Shown here: positions 45,176 through 55,639 of the stretch, one piece after another
Layout of the letters: every line of letters starts with the position of its first letter
Numbering within the stretch: the stretch's first letter is position 1
Source: Dehalococcoidia bacterium
GTDB taxonomy: Bacteria > Chloroflexota > Dehalococcoidia > Lucifugimonadales > UBA2985
Length of the DNA: 64,000 nucleotides
Direction of reading: 5' to 3'
Assembly (NCBI GenBank): GCA_034421015.1
Contig: DAOUKT010000037.1
Span: 94,096 to 158,095 of the forward strand
Position numbers and translations under genes: made by a program
The notes under the pieces: model-generated
What the model saw: only the letters and a program-made list of their open reading frames with translations
The model's database searches: none
Told to the model about the DNA's origin: nothing

Positions 45176-48100
45176 CTAGAGCAGTGGAGGAGTCGCCTGT
45201 CTGTCCTCATCGGAACCCCAGCAGACGGGCGTACCGTCGAAGCGAAGGGCGCAGGTGTGAGCGCCTCCGCTGCTTATTGAAGCGAACGACTCGCCGGAGG
45301 GTGGCGATGACTGGCCGAACTCGTCACTTCCCCAGCAGACCGGGGAGCCGTCGGCGCGGAGGGCGCAGGTGTGCCAGCCGCCGCTGCTGATGGCAGTGAA
45401 GGTTTCACCGGAGGGGGGCGATGCCTGTTCAAGATCGTCCCGGCCCCAGCAGACCGGGGAGTCGTCGGCGCGAAGGGCGCAGGTGTGCCACTCCCCGCTG
45501 CTGACTGCGATGAAACTCTCTCCCGCAGGAGGCGTAGCTTGTCCGAAGGGGCTGGCGCCCCAGCAGACGGGCGAACCGTCGGATCGGAGGGCGCACGTGA
45601 AGTACCTGCCGCTGCTGATGGCGGTGAAGGCCTCGCCGGGAGGAGGCGATCTCTCCCCCAGCGCGTTATCACCCCAGCAGACAGGGAAGCCGTCGGCGCG
45701 GAGAGCGCAGGTGTGAAGGGTTCCACTGCTGATGGCGGTGAAGCTCTCTTTGAGGGGAGGCGACGCCTGTTCGAGATCGTCCCGGCCCCAGCAGACCGGC
45801 GTTCCGTCGAAGTGGAGGGCGCAGGTGTGAGCGGCCCCCGCGCTTATGGTGGTGAGCGTCTCCCCCAGAAGTGGAAGCGCCTGGCTCAGATCATCCCGGC
45901 CCCAGCAGACCGGTGAGCCGTCAGGACGCAGGCCGCAGGTGTGAGCGCCCCCGCTGCTGATGACTGCCAGGCCTTCATCGGCAAGCAGTGGAAGCGACAC
46001 CTGGCCGGATGTGTCCAGACCCCAGCAGACCGGGGAGCCATTGGCCCGAAGCGCGCACGTGTGAGCGCCCCCACTGCTTATAGCGACAAAGTTCTCTCCG
46101 GAGGGGGGCGACGCCTGGCCCAGATCATCCTGGCCCCAGCATAAAGGTGAGCCGTCCGTGCGAAGAGCACAGGTGTGGTCGCCCCCACTGCTGATGGCGG
46201 AGAAAGTGAAGCCGTAAGGAGGCGAGAGCTGGCCCTCCGAGTTCGACCCCCAGCAGACGGCTGACTCGTTGGAGCGTAGCCCACAGGCGTGATGCTTGCC
46301 GCTGCTGACGGACTCCAGCCTTTCAAGGGGAGGCGGAGACGTCAGGCCGTACCTGTCCGGCCCCCAGCATACGGGCGAGCCGTTTGGGCGGAGCGCGCAG
46401 GTGTATCCCTCCCGGCTGCTGATGGAGACGAACTTCTCGCCGGAGGGCGGAAGCGTTCGGCCGTACCTTTCGTCACCCCAGCAGATGGGCGAGCCGTTGG
46501 ATTCGAGCGCGCAGGTGTGATATCTGCCGCTGCTGATGGCTGTGAACTGCCGGTCCGCTGGGGGTGATGTCTGGCCGTACTGGTTGTCTCCCCAGCAGGC
46601 CGGATGCCCGTCGGCGCGGAGGGCGCAGGTGTGGCCCCAGCCGCTACTGATTGTCCTGAACTCCCCGGGCGGAGGCGATGCCTGGCCGTACTGATTGTCT
46701 CCCCAACAGACGGGATAGCCATCCGGATGCAGGGCGCAGGTGTGAGCGTTGCCGCTGCTGATGGCGTTGAAGCCCAACAACTCAGGGAAGCGCTCAGGGG
46801 TGGCGGACGGCGTTGGCACAGGGGTTGGAGTCTCGACTGGGATAGGGAAGGAGTGGTCGGCATGGGGAGGAGGGAACGCCTGACCATAGGCATTGTGGCC
46901 CCAGCAGACCGGAGAGCCGTCCGGGCGTAGGGCGCACGTGTGATTGACGCCGCTACTGATTGAGGCGAGCGCGCCCAGTGGCGGCGTTGCCTGCCCATAC
47001 TGGTTGTCTCCCCAGCAGACCGTATAGTCATGGACGCTGATGGCACAGGTGTGAAAGTACCCGCTGCTTATCTTGACAAAGCTCTCGCCTGACGGGGGAG
47101 AGGCCTGGCCGTATTCGTCATGTCCCCAGCATTCTGGTGAGCCCTTGATGCGAAGGGCGCACGTGTGGCCGAAGTTGCTGCTTACCGCGGCGAATCCCGT
47201 GCCCGTTGGTGGCGACGACTGGCCGACGTCATCGCGGCCCCAGCAGACAAGCGAGCCGTCGATGCGGACGGCGCAGGTGTGGATGTCGCCACTGCCTATG
47301 GAGGAGAACGTTTCGCCGGATGGCGGCAGCGCCTGGCCGTTGCCGTTCTCGCCCCAGCATACGGGTGAGCCGTCGGCGCGGAGAGCGCAGGTGTGAAAGA
47401 ACCCACTGCTTATGGCGGAAAACGTCTCACCGGTTGGCGGCGACGACTGGCCAACCTCGTCATCGCCCCAGCATACGGGCGAGCCGTCGGCGCGGAGGGC
47501 GCACGTGTGAAAGTATCCGCTGCTGATGGCGGTGAAGGCCTCGCCGGTCGGCGGCGACGACTGGCCAAGGTCGTCATCGCCCCAGCAGACCGGGTCTCCC
47601 TCTGAGTGGAGGGCACAGGTGTGCCAGCCCCCGCTGCTGATGGCAGTGAACGTTTCGCCGGGGAGAGGGGTTGGTGTTGGCAGGGGAGTCGGGGGCGGCG
47701 TTGGCGCCGGAGGATCCGTTGGCACGGGTGACGGGACCGGGGTGTCAGTAGGAGCAGGGGACGGCGTCGGTGTCGGCTCAGGAGCCTCCGTTGGCGCGGG
47801 GACAGCGGTTGGCGCGGTCGTTGGCGTCGGCGCGGTTGTTGGCGTCGGCGCAACCGTTGGAAGCGGCGTAGGCGTCGAACTTGCCGTTGGACGAGGCGCT
47901 GCGGTCGGCAGGAGGGGCGGCGTGGGAGTTGGAGACAGGGCCTGAGTCGCAGTGGGTGTTGGGGCTTCAACCGGTGTCGCAGGACCGTCCCCTGCATCGT
48001 CAGTGCAGGCAGCCACGCTCAGAGCCAGCAGGCACGAGAGGACAGCCAGCAAGACGGCACGGAAGCCACTCAAGCGAATCAATCTAATCAATGGCCTTGT

Positions 48101-48238
48101 CCTTACAAACCAAGCCCTATAATGAGCCACTGCATCGGCATGCAAGCAGCTTGTCAGCCCTAGCCACGAATTCAGCAATGACGCGGCGTCAGGTACTCTC
48201 ATTGTACTTGAGTTGGCTGAGTCCGTACAAGTCACCAC
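45176..48238 (-). CDS. Large secreted lipoprotein with 21 short RCC1-like beta-propeller blades (7 + 14) behind a Pro/Thr-rich stalk
   Basis: The motif ISSG..HTCAL..DG.PVCWG....GQ..PP.GE.F repeats 21 times at a ~38-aa period. Signal plus lipobox [20 protein letters not shown]. The true start is probably TTG 48091 ([10 protein letters not shown]...) rather than 48238. Confidence 0.8.
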   Translation of the reverse strand: MVTCTDSANSSTMRVPDAASLLNSWLGLTSCLHADAVAHYRAWFVRTRPLIRLIRLSGFRAVLLAVLSCLLALSVAACTDDAGDGPATPVEAPTPTATQALSPTPTPPLLPTAAPRPTASSTPTPLPTVAPTPTTAPTPTTAPTAVPAPTEAPEPTPTPSPAPTDTPVPSPVPTDPPAPTPPPTPLPTPTPLPGETFTAISSGGWHTCALHSEGDPVCWGDDDLGQSSPPTGEAFTAISSGYFHTCALRADGSPVCWGDDEVGQSSPPTGETFSAISSGFFHTCALRADGSPVCWGENGNGQALPPSGETFSSIGSGDIHTCAVRIDGSLVCWGRDDVGQSSPPTGTGFAAVSSNFGHTCALRIKGSPECWGHDEYGQASPPSGESFVKISSGYFHTCAISVHDYTVCWGDNQYGQATPPLGALASISSGVNHTCALRPDGSPVCWGHNAYGQAFPPPHADHSFPIPVETPTPVPTPSATPERFPELLGFNAISSGNAHTCALHPDGYPVCWGDNQYGQASPPPGEFRTISSGWGHTCALRADGHPACWGDNQYGQTSPPADRQFTAISSGRYHTCALESNGSPICWGDERYGRTLPPSGEKFVSISSREGYTCALRPNGSPVCWGPDRYGLTSPPPLERLESVSSGKHHACGLRSNESAVCWGSNSEGQLSPPYGFTFSAISSGGDHTCALRTDGSPLCWGQDDLGQASPPSGENFVAISSGGAHTCALRANGSPVCWGLDTSGQVSLPLLADEGLAVISSGGAHTCGLRPDGSPVCWGRDDLSQALPLLGETLTTISAGAAHTCALHFDGTPVCWGRDDLEQASPPLKESFTAISSGTLHTCALRADGFPVCWGDNALGERSPPPGEAFTAISSGRYFTCALRSDGSPVCWGASPFGQATPPAGESFIAVSSGEWHTCALRADDSPVCWGRDDLEQASPPSGETFTAISSGGWHTCALRADGSPVCWGSDEFGQSSPPSGESFASISSGGAHTCALRFDGTPVCWGSDEDRQATPPLL
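45179..47659 (-). repeat. Degenerate ~114-bp tandem coding repeats (RCC1-like blades)
   Basis: Periodic gc.cacgtgtg/gcgcaggtgtg ... ccccagcagac motifs on the + strand throughout. They explain the many short + strand shadow ORFs here. Confidence 0.8.
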
Positions 48239-48350
48239 AACTGGGCATGGGTGATATAATCGTTAAGGTCCAACTGCTATGGCGAAAACCTGCCCGGACA
48301 GCCGGAGAATAACAGGAATTCGCCGCGCCCATTAGTGCGGGCGCAAAGGA

Positions 48351-48728
48351 GTGAATCGCGCATTGGAGCAGGAAGAGTTCGAGGAACTGGTGCTGGACGC
48401 CATACAGGAGCTTCCCCAGGAGCTTCTCTCGCGTCTTTCAAACGTGGCAATAGTCGTGCAGCAGTGGCCGACGAGGGAGCAGCTTGACGATGCGGGGCTT
48501 GAGGGCGGAGGAGACCTGCTTGGCCTGTACGAGGGCATTCCCCTCACCCACAGGGAGAGCTACAACCTGGCGCTGCCGGACAAGATCACCATCTTCCAGG
48601 GACCGTTGGAGGCAATCTGCAGGACCCGGGATGACATAGCGCGGGAGGTCAAGGAGACCGTGGCCCACGAGATCGCCCACCACTTTGGGATTGACGACGA
48701 ACGGCTGCACGATATGGGGGTTTACTGA
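48351..48728 (+). CDS. Zincin-like metallopeptidase family protein (DUF1025/Zincin_1 type)
   Basis: 125 aa. FEELVLDAIQELPQELLSRLSNVAIVVQ ... LLGLYEGIPLTHR ... TVAHEIAHHFGIDDERL (HExxH). Exact start uncertain (GTG 48351 or TTG 48363). Confidence 0.7.
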   Translation: MNRALEQEEFEELVLDAIQELPQELLSRLSNVAIVVQQWPTREQLDDAGLEGGGDLLGLYEGIPLTHRESYNLALPDKITIFQGPLEAICRTRDDIAREVKETVAHEIAHHFGIDDERLHDMGVY

Positions 48729-48811
48729 GCCGCGGAAGGGGCAAGAGCGCCCAATGAAAGGCTATACAAAACGTCAATTGCCGGACTGGGGCCTGCCGCG
48801 GGAGGCCTGCG

Positions 48812-49870
48812 CTAGCCGTCCTTCATCCTGCGCTTCTCTCTGATGCGGTCCTCCGCTATGCGGTCAGCCGCCAATGCGGTGGTGATGCCCTCGCTTTCGG
48901 CGGTGGAAATCACTCTGGTCATGGTGTCATAGATGCGGGCAACCTTCTCCATAGCCAACCCCTCATCGTAGTGCCGGCCAACCTCCATTGAGATGTTGAT
49001 TATGCCGCCCGCGTTGACAATGTAGTCGGGGGCGTAGAGGATGCCGCGCTCCTGAAGCGCTTCGCCGTGCCGCTCCTCCAGGAGCTGGTTGTTGGCGCTG
49101 CCGACAACAGCCCTGCACTTCAGGCGGGGTATGGTCTGGTCGTTCAGGATGCCGCCAAGGGCGCAGGGGGAGAAGATGTCGCACTCCGCGTCATACACCT
49201 GGGACGGGTCGTCCAAGACGTCCAGGCCCAGTTCGCGGGCCGCGGCGAGCGCGGCGGGGTTGATCTCCGCTACAACCAGCCTGGCCCCCTCCTCCAGAAG
49301 GTGGTGGGTCATGGTAGACGCCACCTTTCCGAAGCCCTGCACGACTATGACACGATCCTCCAGTGACTCGCTGCCCCAGAGGTGAGCAGCGCAGGCCTTC
49401 ATCGCCTTGTAGATTCCGAAGGCCGTCGCGGTGGCCGGACCGCCGCTTCCGCCCCGGCTGATAGGCAGGCCCGTCACGTGGCGCGTCTCCAAGGCAATCC
49501 ATTCCAGGTCACGGTCGTCGGCGCCAACGTCCTCGGTGGTGACGTATCGACCACCCAGGGAGTCCACGAACCGCCCGAAGGCCCTCATCATGGCCTCGGT
49601 CTTGTCCTGGGGGGAGGCCATAATCAGCGCCTTGCCTCCACCAAAGTCCAGTCCCGCGGCCGCGGCCTTGTAGGTCATGCCCCTGGACAGCCTCAGAACG
49701 TCCAGAATGGCCTCGTCCTCCGTCTTGTGAGGCCAGATGCGGACGCCTCCGAGCGCAGGCCCCAGGGTTGTGTCGTGTATGGCGATGAAGGCCCTGATTC
49801 CGGCGTCCCTATCCACGAAGACGGACAGATGCTCGTGGCCTTCGGCCTCCATGTACTCAGTGACGTTCAT
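48812..49870 (-). CDS. Leu/Phe/Val dehydrogenase (Glu/Leu/Phe/Val dehydrogenase family, leucine-dehydrogenase-like)
   Basis: 352 aa. IAIHDTTLGPALGGVRIWPH, MTYKAAAAGLDFGGGKALI (catalytic Lys motif), Rossmann VVQGFGKV. Confidence 0.85.
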   Translation of the reverse strand: MNVTEYMEAEGHEHLSVFVDRDAGIRAFIAIHDTTLGPALGGVRIWPHKTEDEAILDVLRLSRGMTYKAAAAGLDFGGGKALIMASPQDKTEAMMRAFGRFVDSLGGRYVTTEDVGADDRDLEWIALETRHVTGLPISRGGSGGPATATAFGIYKAMKACAAHLWGSESLEDRVIVVQGFGKVASTMTHHLLEEGARLVVAEINPAALAAARELGLDVLDDPSQVYDAECDIFSPCALGGILNDQTIPRLKCRAVVGSANNQLLEERHGEALQERGILYAPDYIVNAGGIINISMEVGRHYDEGLAMEKVARIYDTMTRVISTAESEGITTALAADRIAEDRIREKRRMKDG

Positions 49871-50310
49871 GGTTGTTGCTCTGACCTCCTGGTCGAAGAA
49901 ACGGAGTCCCCTTGCCCCGCTGGCGGGGGAGTGTCAGAGCCTGCCCCGGACTCGATCCGGGGATGGGGGTCTCTCTGTTCCTCTAAAGCCTGTGCGATCA
50001 CCTCTATGACCGCATCTATATCAGCAAGCACAGAGCTGTCCCAGAAGCGGAGCACCTTGAAGCCAAGGTCCGTGAGGTAATCATCTCGATGGGCAACCTG
50101 AGCTGCCTTCTGAGCGTATTGGCTGCCCTCTACCTCAATGATGAGGCGTCCTTCCTCGCAGACGAAGTCAACAATAAAGGGGCTTACGGGCCGCTGGCGA
50201 CGAAAACTAAAGCCGTGTACCTGTCGCACGCGGAGGCGAGACCAGAGCTTGCGCTCTGCATCCGTGAGGTTACTCCGGGTAGCGCGAGGCTTCCGGGTCG
50301 TCACATCCAC
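49867..50310 (-). CDS. DUF559 endonuclease-domain protein (Vsr/restriction-endonuclease-like fold) with a repeat-derived C-terminal tail
   Basis: LTDAERKLWSRLR...FRRQRPVSPFIVDFVCEEGRLIIEVEG...RDDYLTDLGFKVLRFWDSSV is the DUF559 signature. The last ~35 aa (..HPRIESGAGSD..) translate hairpin module A. The stop overlaps the ldh-like start (ATGA). Confidence 0.7.
   Translation of the reverse strand: MDVTTRKPRATRSNLTDAERKLWSRLRVRQVHGFSFRRQRPVSPFIVDFVCEEGRLIIEVEGSQYAQKAAQVAHRDDYLTDLGFKVLRFWDSSVLADIDAVIEVIAQALEEQRDPHPRIESGAGSDTPPPAGQGDSVSSTRRSEQQP
49938..49962 (+). repeat. Hairpin module A variant inside the DUF559 ORF tail
   Basis: agcctgccccggactcgatccgggg. The stem ccccgGa/tCcgggg differs from the common ccccgTa/tAcgggg by a compensatory double change. 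Confidence 0.65.
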
Positions 50311-50318
50311 ATCCTGTG

Positions 50319-50340
50319 CTTCCCCCGCAAGCGGGGGAAG
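50319..50340. repeat. GC-rich hairpin of the family B type (cttcccccgc aa gcgggggaag)
   Basis: 10-nt perfect inverted repeat directly upstream of the DUF559 start. Same design as cattcccgcgaacgcgggaatg at 56918. Confidence 0.6.
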
Positions 50341-50400
50341 GGATATTCCTCTCCCCCTTGCGGGGACCTTTGAATAACCTCAGCTAGGACGCGCGCTTCC

Positions 50401-50504
50401 CGACCATTCCTGCGGAACCTGCCCCGTACTCCGATACGGGGACAGGAATCCAAGGCATCCGATATAGGAGGGATAGATTCCGGCTTTCGCCGGAATGACG
50501 ATAA
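50401..50504 (+). repeat. 104-bp family B composite palindromic element carrying a nested module A (50418..50442) in its first hairpin loop
   Basis: cgaccattcctgcggaa[cctgccccgtactccgatacgggga]caggaatccaaggcatccgatataggagggatagattccggctttcgccggaatgacgataa. This is the reverse complement of 56911..56990 plus 24 nt. Confidence 0.75.
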
Positions 50505-50590
50505 TCGTACACTATTGAAGACGCCGTCGCAGTTACTCAATGGTCTCCTGGAGGGGAGAGTTAAAGAGTTGGGTGAAGGGGGGTCAAGCC

Positions 50591-52177
<1,587 letters not shown>

Positions 52178-52243
52178 TCTCTCCTGAGCTCATGCGACGG
52201 TGACCTCAGATTAGCATCTGTGATATACTCAGTCAAGGCAAAA

Positions 52244-52882
52244 ATGGGCACTCCCAGAGGCGTTTTGACCCCCGCGAATCTACTGGAAAAGGCCGTGTCC
52301 ACCCTGAAGAAGGGCGGGCTCGTGGCCTTTCCGACGGACACCCTGTACGCGCTTGGCGCCCACGCCTTCATTGAGGAGGCCGTGAGCAGGGTGTACGAAG
52401 CCAAGGGCAGGCCCCATGGCATGGCGCTGCCGCTGCTGCTGGGCAGCCCGGACGACATCGACAGCGTGGCCGTCGACGTTCCGCAGGCGGCCCGAGACCT
52501 GGCCGAGGGATTCTGGCCCGGCGCAGTGACCCTGGTGCTTTACAAGGCCCCCTCCGTTTCGTCTACAATTACGGGCGGGAGGGACACCGTCGCGGTGAGG
52601 GTGCCGAGCCATCCCCTCGCCCTGGCGCTCATAGAGGGCGCCGGAGCGCCGGTGACAGGCACCAGCGCCAACCGCTCCGGCGGGCCTGATCCGGTGTCCG
52701 CGGAAGTGGTGCGGGAACACCTTGGAGAGTCGGTGGACGTGGTGCTGGACGAGGGGCCGTGCTCCATCGCGGAGGCATCGACCATTGTGGACATGACGGC
52801 GGAACCTCCGCGTATAGTCAGAGCGGGGGCCGTCGCAAGGTCGGAACTGGAGAGGTTCTGCCCGGGCATAGCGGAGGCGTAG
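52244..52882 (+). CDS. tsaC: L-threonylcarbamoyladenylate synthase (TsaC/YwlC, Sua5/YrdC domain)
   Basis: GGLVAFPTDTLYALGA, KGRPHGMALPLLL and VTGTSANRSGGP motifs. ATG 52244 is preferred over GTG 52220 because tgaTATACT (52221..52229) looks like an extended -10. Start uncertain. Confidence 0.8.
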   Translation: MGTPRGVLTPANLLEKAVSTLKKGGLVAFPTDTLYALGAHAFIEEAVSRVYEAKGRPHGMALPLLLGSPDDIDSVAVDVPQAARDLAEGFWPGAVTLVLYKAPSVSSTITGGRDTVAVRVPSHPLALALIEGAGAPVTGTSANRSGGPDPVSAEVVREHLGESVDVVLDEGPCSIAEASTIVDMTAEPPRIVRAGAVARSELERFCPGIAEA

Positions 52883-52922
52883 CAAAGGGACCGTCGCAGA
52901 AGCCGGAGATAAGGAGCGAGAG

Positions 52923-53399
52923 TTGAGGATAGCCCTGGGGTGTGATCACAACGGCGTGGAGCTTAAGCTCCGGTTGATGGACTTGTTGAAGGAGATGGGC
53001 CACCAGACCCAGGACTTCGGCTGCTACGATACCAACTCCGTGGACTACCCGGACGTGGCCCAGGAGGTGGCTATAGCCGTCGGGGAGAGCCACTTCGAGC
53101 AGGCCATACTCATCTGCGGCACAGGCATCGGCATGAGCATTGCCGCGAACAAGATCACCGGCATCCGCGCGGCCCTGTGCCTGGACCCCGTCACCGCCCG
53201 CCGCGCGCGGGAGCACAACGACGCCAACGTACTATGCCTTTCCGGCTGGTCCACAGACCCCGACGCGGCCCAGGAGATTCTGATGGCCTACCTGGAAGGG
53301 GAGTTCGAGGGAGGCCGTCACGCCCGCAGGGTAGGCAAGATCAGCTCCCTGGAGAAGGGGGGCATGCTGGAGCCGTCAAGGACGCCCCGCTCCGGTTAA
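52923..53399 (+). CDS. rpiB: Ribose-5-phosphate isomerase B (RpiB/LacA/LacB family)
   Basis: MRIALGCDHNGVELK, ILICGTGIGMSIAANK, REHNDANVLCL. TTG start. Confidence 0.9.
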   Translation: MRIALGCDHNGVELKLRLMDLLKEMGHQTQDFGCYDTNSVDYPDVAQEVAIAVGESHFEQAILICGTGIGMSIAANKITGIRAALCLDPVTARRAREHNDANVLCLSGWSTDPDAAQEILMAYLEGEFEGGRHARRVGKISSLEKGGMLEPSRTPRSG

Positions 53400-53404
53400 G
53401 CGTG

Positions 53405-54427
53405 ATGAACTTTCCCAACGCCTTCAATCGCTTTCGGGACCAGATAGAGACGGGGATGAAGTCCCTGGTCCTGGGCGAGGGCTTCCCTCTCTACCGGATG
53501 ATGGGCTACCACATGGGGTGGCTGAACGAGCACGGAGAAGCCGAGGAGATCGAGGCGGGAAAGCGAATACGACCCACGCTCTGCCTGCTGGCCTGCGAGG
53601 CCCTCGGCGGCGACGTGAAGTCGGCCCTGCCTGCGGCCGCAGCCGTGGAGCTTGTACACAACTTCTCCCTCATCCACGACGACATTCAGGACGGCAACTC
53701 GGAGCGGCACAACAGGCCCACGGTCTGGTGGGTCTGGGGTCCCGCTCAGGCAATCAATGCAGGGGACGGGATGCACGCGCTGGCGCGGCTGGCCCTGCTT
53801 CGCCAGACCGACGGCGGCATGTCTCCGGAGCGGACGCTGAAGGCCGTGGGGCTCCTGGACGAGGCTTGCCTCCGCCTCTGCGAGGGGCAGTACCTCGACC
53901 TGACCTACCAGGAGCGCGTGGACATCTCCCAGGACGCCTACTTCAAGATGGTGGAAGGGAAGACCGCCGCTCTCATAAGCTGCGCAACCGAGCTTGGAGC
54001 GGTGATGTCCCAGGCCGGGGAGCCAGTCGCCAAAGCCTTGGCCGACTTCGGGAGCAAGCTTGGGACGGCATTCCAGATCCGTGACGACATCCTGGACCTG
54101 TGGGGCCAGCAGGACACCGGCAAGCCCCTTGCAGGCGACATCCTGAACAAGAAGAAGTCCCTGCCCATTGTCTACGCCATCGAAAACGCCGGCGGCGCGG
54201 AGAGGCGCGCCTTGGGCGACGTGTACTTCAAGCGGGTGATGGAGCCGGAGGACATCGACAAGATAATCGAGGTGCTGGAGACCCTTGGAGCCAGGCAGTT
54301 CTGCCAGGACAAGGCCGACGCCCTCTGCAACGAAGCCCTGGATTCCCTCCGAGAGGCGGGGCTGTCATCCGAACAGTCGGAGGGCCTGGAGGCCCTGGCC
54401 CGCTTCATGGTGTCCAGGGAGAGCTGA
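53405..54427 (+). CDS. Polyprenyl diphosphate synthase family protein (GGPP-synthase-like)
   Basis: ATG 53405 inside ORF 53177..54427. First Asp-rich motif LIHDDIQD and second FQIRDDILD. Confidence 0.85.
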   Translation: MNFPNAFNRFRDQIETGMKSLVLGEGFPLYRMMGYHMGWLNEHGEAEEIEAGKRIRPTLCLLACEALGGDVKSALPAAAAVELVHNFSLIHDDIQDGNSERHNRPTVWWVWGPAQAINAGDGMHALARLALLRQTDGGMSPERTLKAVGLLDEACLRLCEGQYLDLTYQERVDISQDAYFKMVEGKTAALISCATELGAVMSQAGEPVAKALADFGSKLGTAFQIRDDILDLWGQQDTGKPLAGDILNKKKSLPIVYAIENAGGAERRALGDVYFKRVMEPEDIDKIIEVLETLGARQFCQDKADALCNEALDSLREAGLSSEQSEGLEALARFMVSRES

Positions 54428-54444
54428 CGCCCGCCGGAGGAGCC

Positions 54445-55635
54445 ATGCAGAAGAAGAGCGTGCGTGACATTGAGATCGGCGGCAAGCGCGTCCTGATGAG
54501 GGCGGACTTCAACGTCACCCTGGAGGAAGGCCGCATCACGGACGACAGCCGCATCCGCGCCGCCGTTCCCACCATCCGCTACCTCCAGGAGCAGGGGGCG
54601 AAGGTCGTCCTGTGCTCCCACCTGGGCCGGCCCGGTGGCAAAGTGGTGGAGGATATGCGACTCACCCCCGTGCTGAACCGACTGTCCGAGCTTCTGGAGA
54701 TGGAGGTGCGCTCCACCGACGACTGCGTGGGGCCGGACATAGAGGCAGCCGTCAACGACCTCAACCCCGGCGATGTGCTCCTGCTGGAGAACCTCCGGTT
54801 CCACCCTGAGGAGGAGGCCAATGACCCGGAGTTTGCAAAGGCCCTGGCCTCCCTCGCGGACGTTTTCGTGAGCGACGGCTTTGGCGTTGCCCACAGGGCC
54901 CACGCCTCCACCGAGGGCGTTACCCGCCACCTGCCTTCCGTCGCAGGCTTCCTGATGGAGAAAGAAATCGACGTACTGGGGTCGCTGCTGGAGTCGCCCC
55001 AGGAGCCGCTGGTGGTGGTCCTCGGAGGCGCCAAGGTGACTGACAAGATCGGCGTCATAGAGAACTTCCTGGACAAGGTCAACACGCTGCTCATCGGCGG
55101 CGGGATGGCCGCCACGTTCCTCAAGGCCGCCGGCCTGGACGTGGGCGGCTCGCAGGTGGAGGACGACAGGCTGGACTTCGTGCGCGAGGCCGTCGCCCGC
55201 GCCACTGAGAAGGGTGTGGACTTCATCATCCCCGTTGACGTGGTGGTCGCTGACTCCTTCAGCGCCAACGCCGCCATCCGCACCGTGGACGTGGGCAACG
55301 TGCCGGACGGCTGGCTCATCCTGGACATCGGCCACAAGACACTGGACACGTTCAAGCGCGAAGTCGCCCGGGGCAGGACGATACTCTGGAACGGCCCAAT
55401 GGGCGTCTTCGAGTTCCCCTCCTTCGCCACAGGCACCCGCGAGCTGGCCGCGGCCCTGGCAAGCCTGGACGACGCCGTGACCGTTGTGGGCGGCGGCTCC
55501 ACAGCCGAGGTCGTGGACACTCTGGGCCTTTCGGACAGGCTGACTCACGTTTCCACGGGAGGCGGCGCGTCCCTGGAATTCCTGGAGGGCAGGACGCTGC
55601 CTGGGGTCGCCGCACTACTGGACAAGGAGGCATGA
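54445..55635 (+). CDS. pgk: Phosphoglycerate kinase
   Basis: ATG 54445 inside ORF 54100..55635. RADFNVTL...ITDDSRI, VLCSHLGRPGG, WNGPMGVFE, STGGGASLEFLEG. Confidence 0.95.
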   Translation: MQKKSVRDIEIGGKRVLMRADFNVTLEEGRITDDSRIRAAVPTIRYLQEQGAKVVLCSHLGRPGGKVVEDMRLTPVLNRLSELLEMEVRSTDDCVGPDIEAAVNDLNPGDVLLLENLRFHPEEEANDPEFAKALASLADVFVSDGFGVAHRAHASTEGVTRHLPSVAGFLMEKEIDVLGSLLESPQEPLVVVLGGAKVTDKIGVIENFLDKVNTLLIGGGMAATFLKAAGLDVGGSQVEDDRLDFVREAVARATEKGVDFIIPVDVVVADSFSANAAIRTVDVGNVPDGWLILDIGHKTLDTFKREVARGRTILWNGPMGVFEFPSFATGTRELAAALASLDDAVTVVGGGSTAEVVDTLGLSDRLTHVSTGGGASLEFLEGRTLPGVAALLDKEA

Positions 55636-55639
55636 CGCC

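Noticed and set aside
45184-47945. Regularly spaced ~114-bp repeats with many short + strand ORFs; considered as a CRISPR array or other non-coding tandem repeat
   Set aside because: The period is too long and there are no unique spacers between conserved repeats. The whole region is one continuous minus-strand reading frame encoding RCC1-like blades. The + strand ORFs are repeat shadows.
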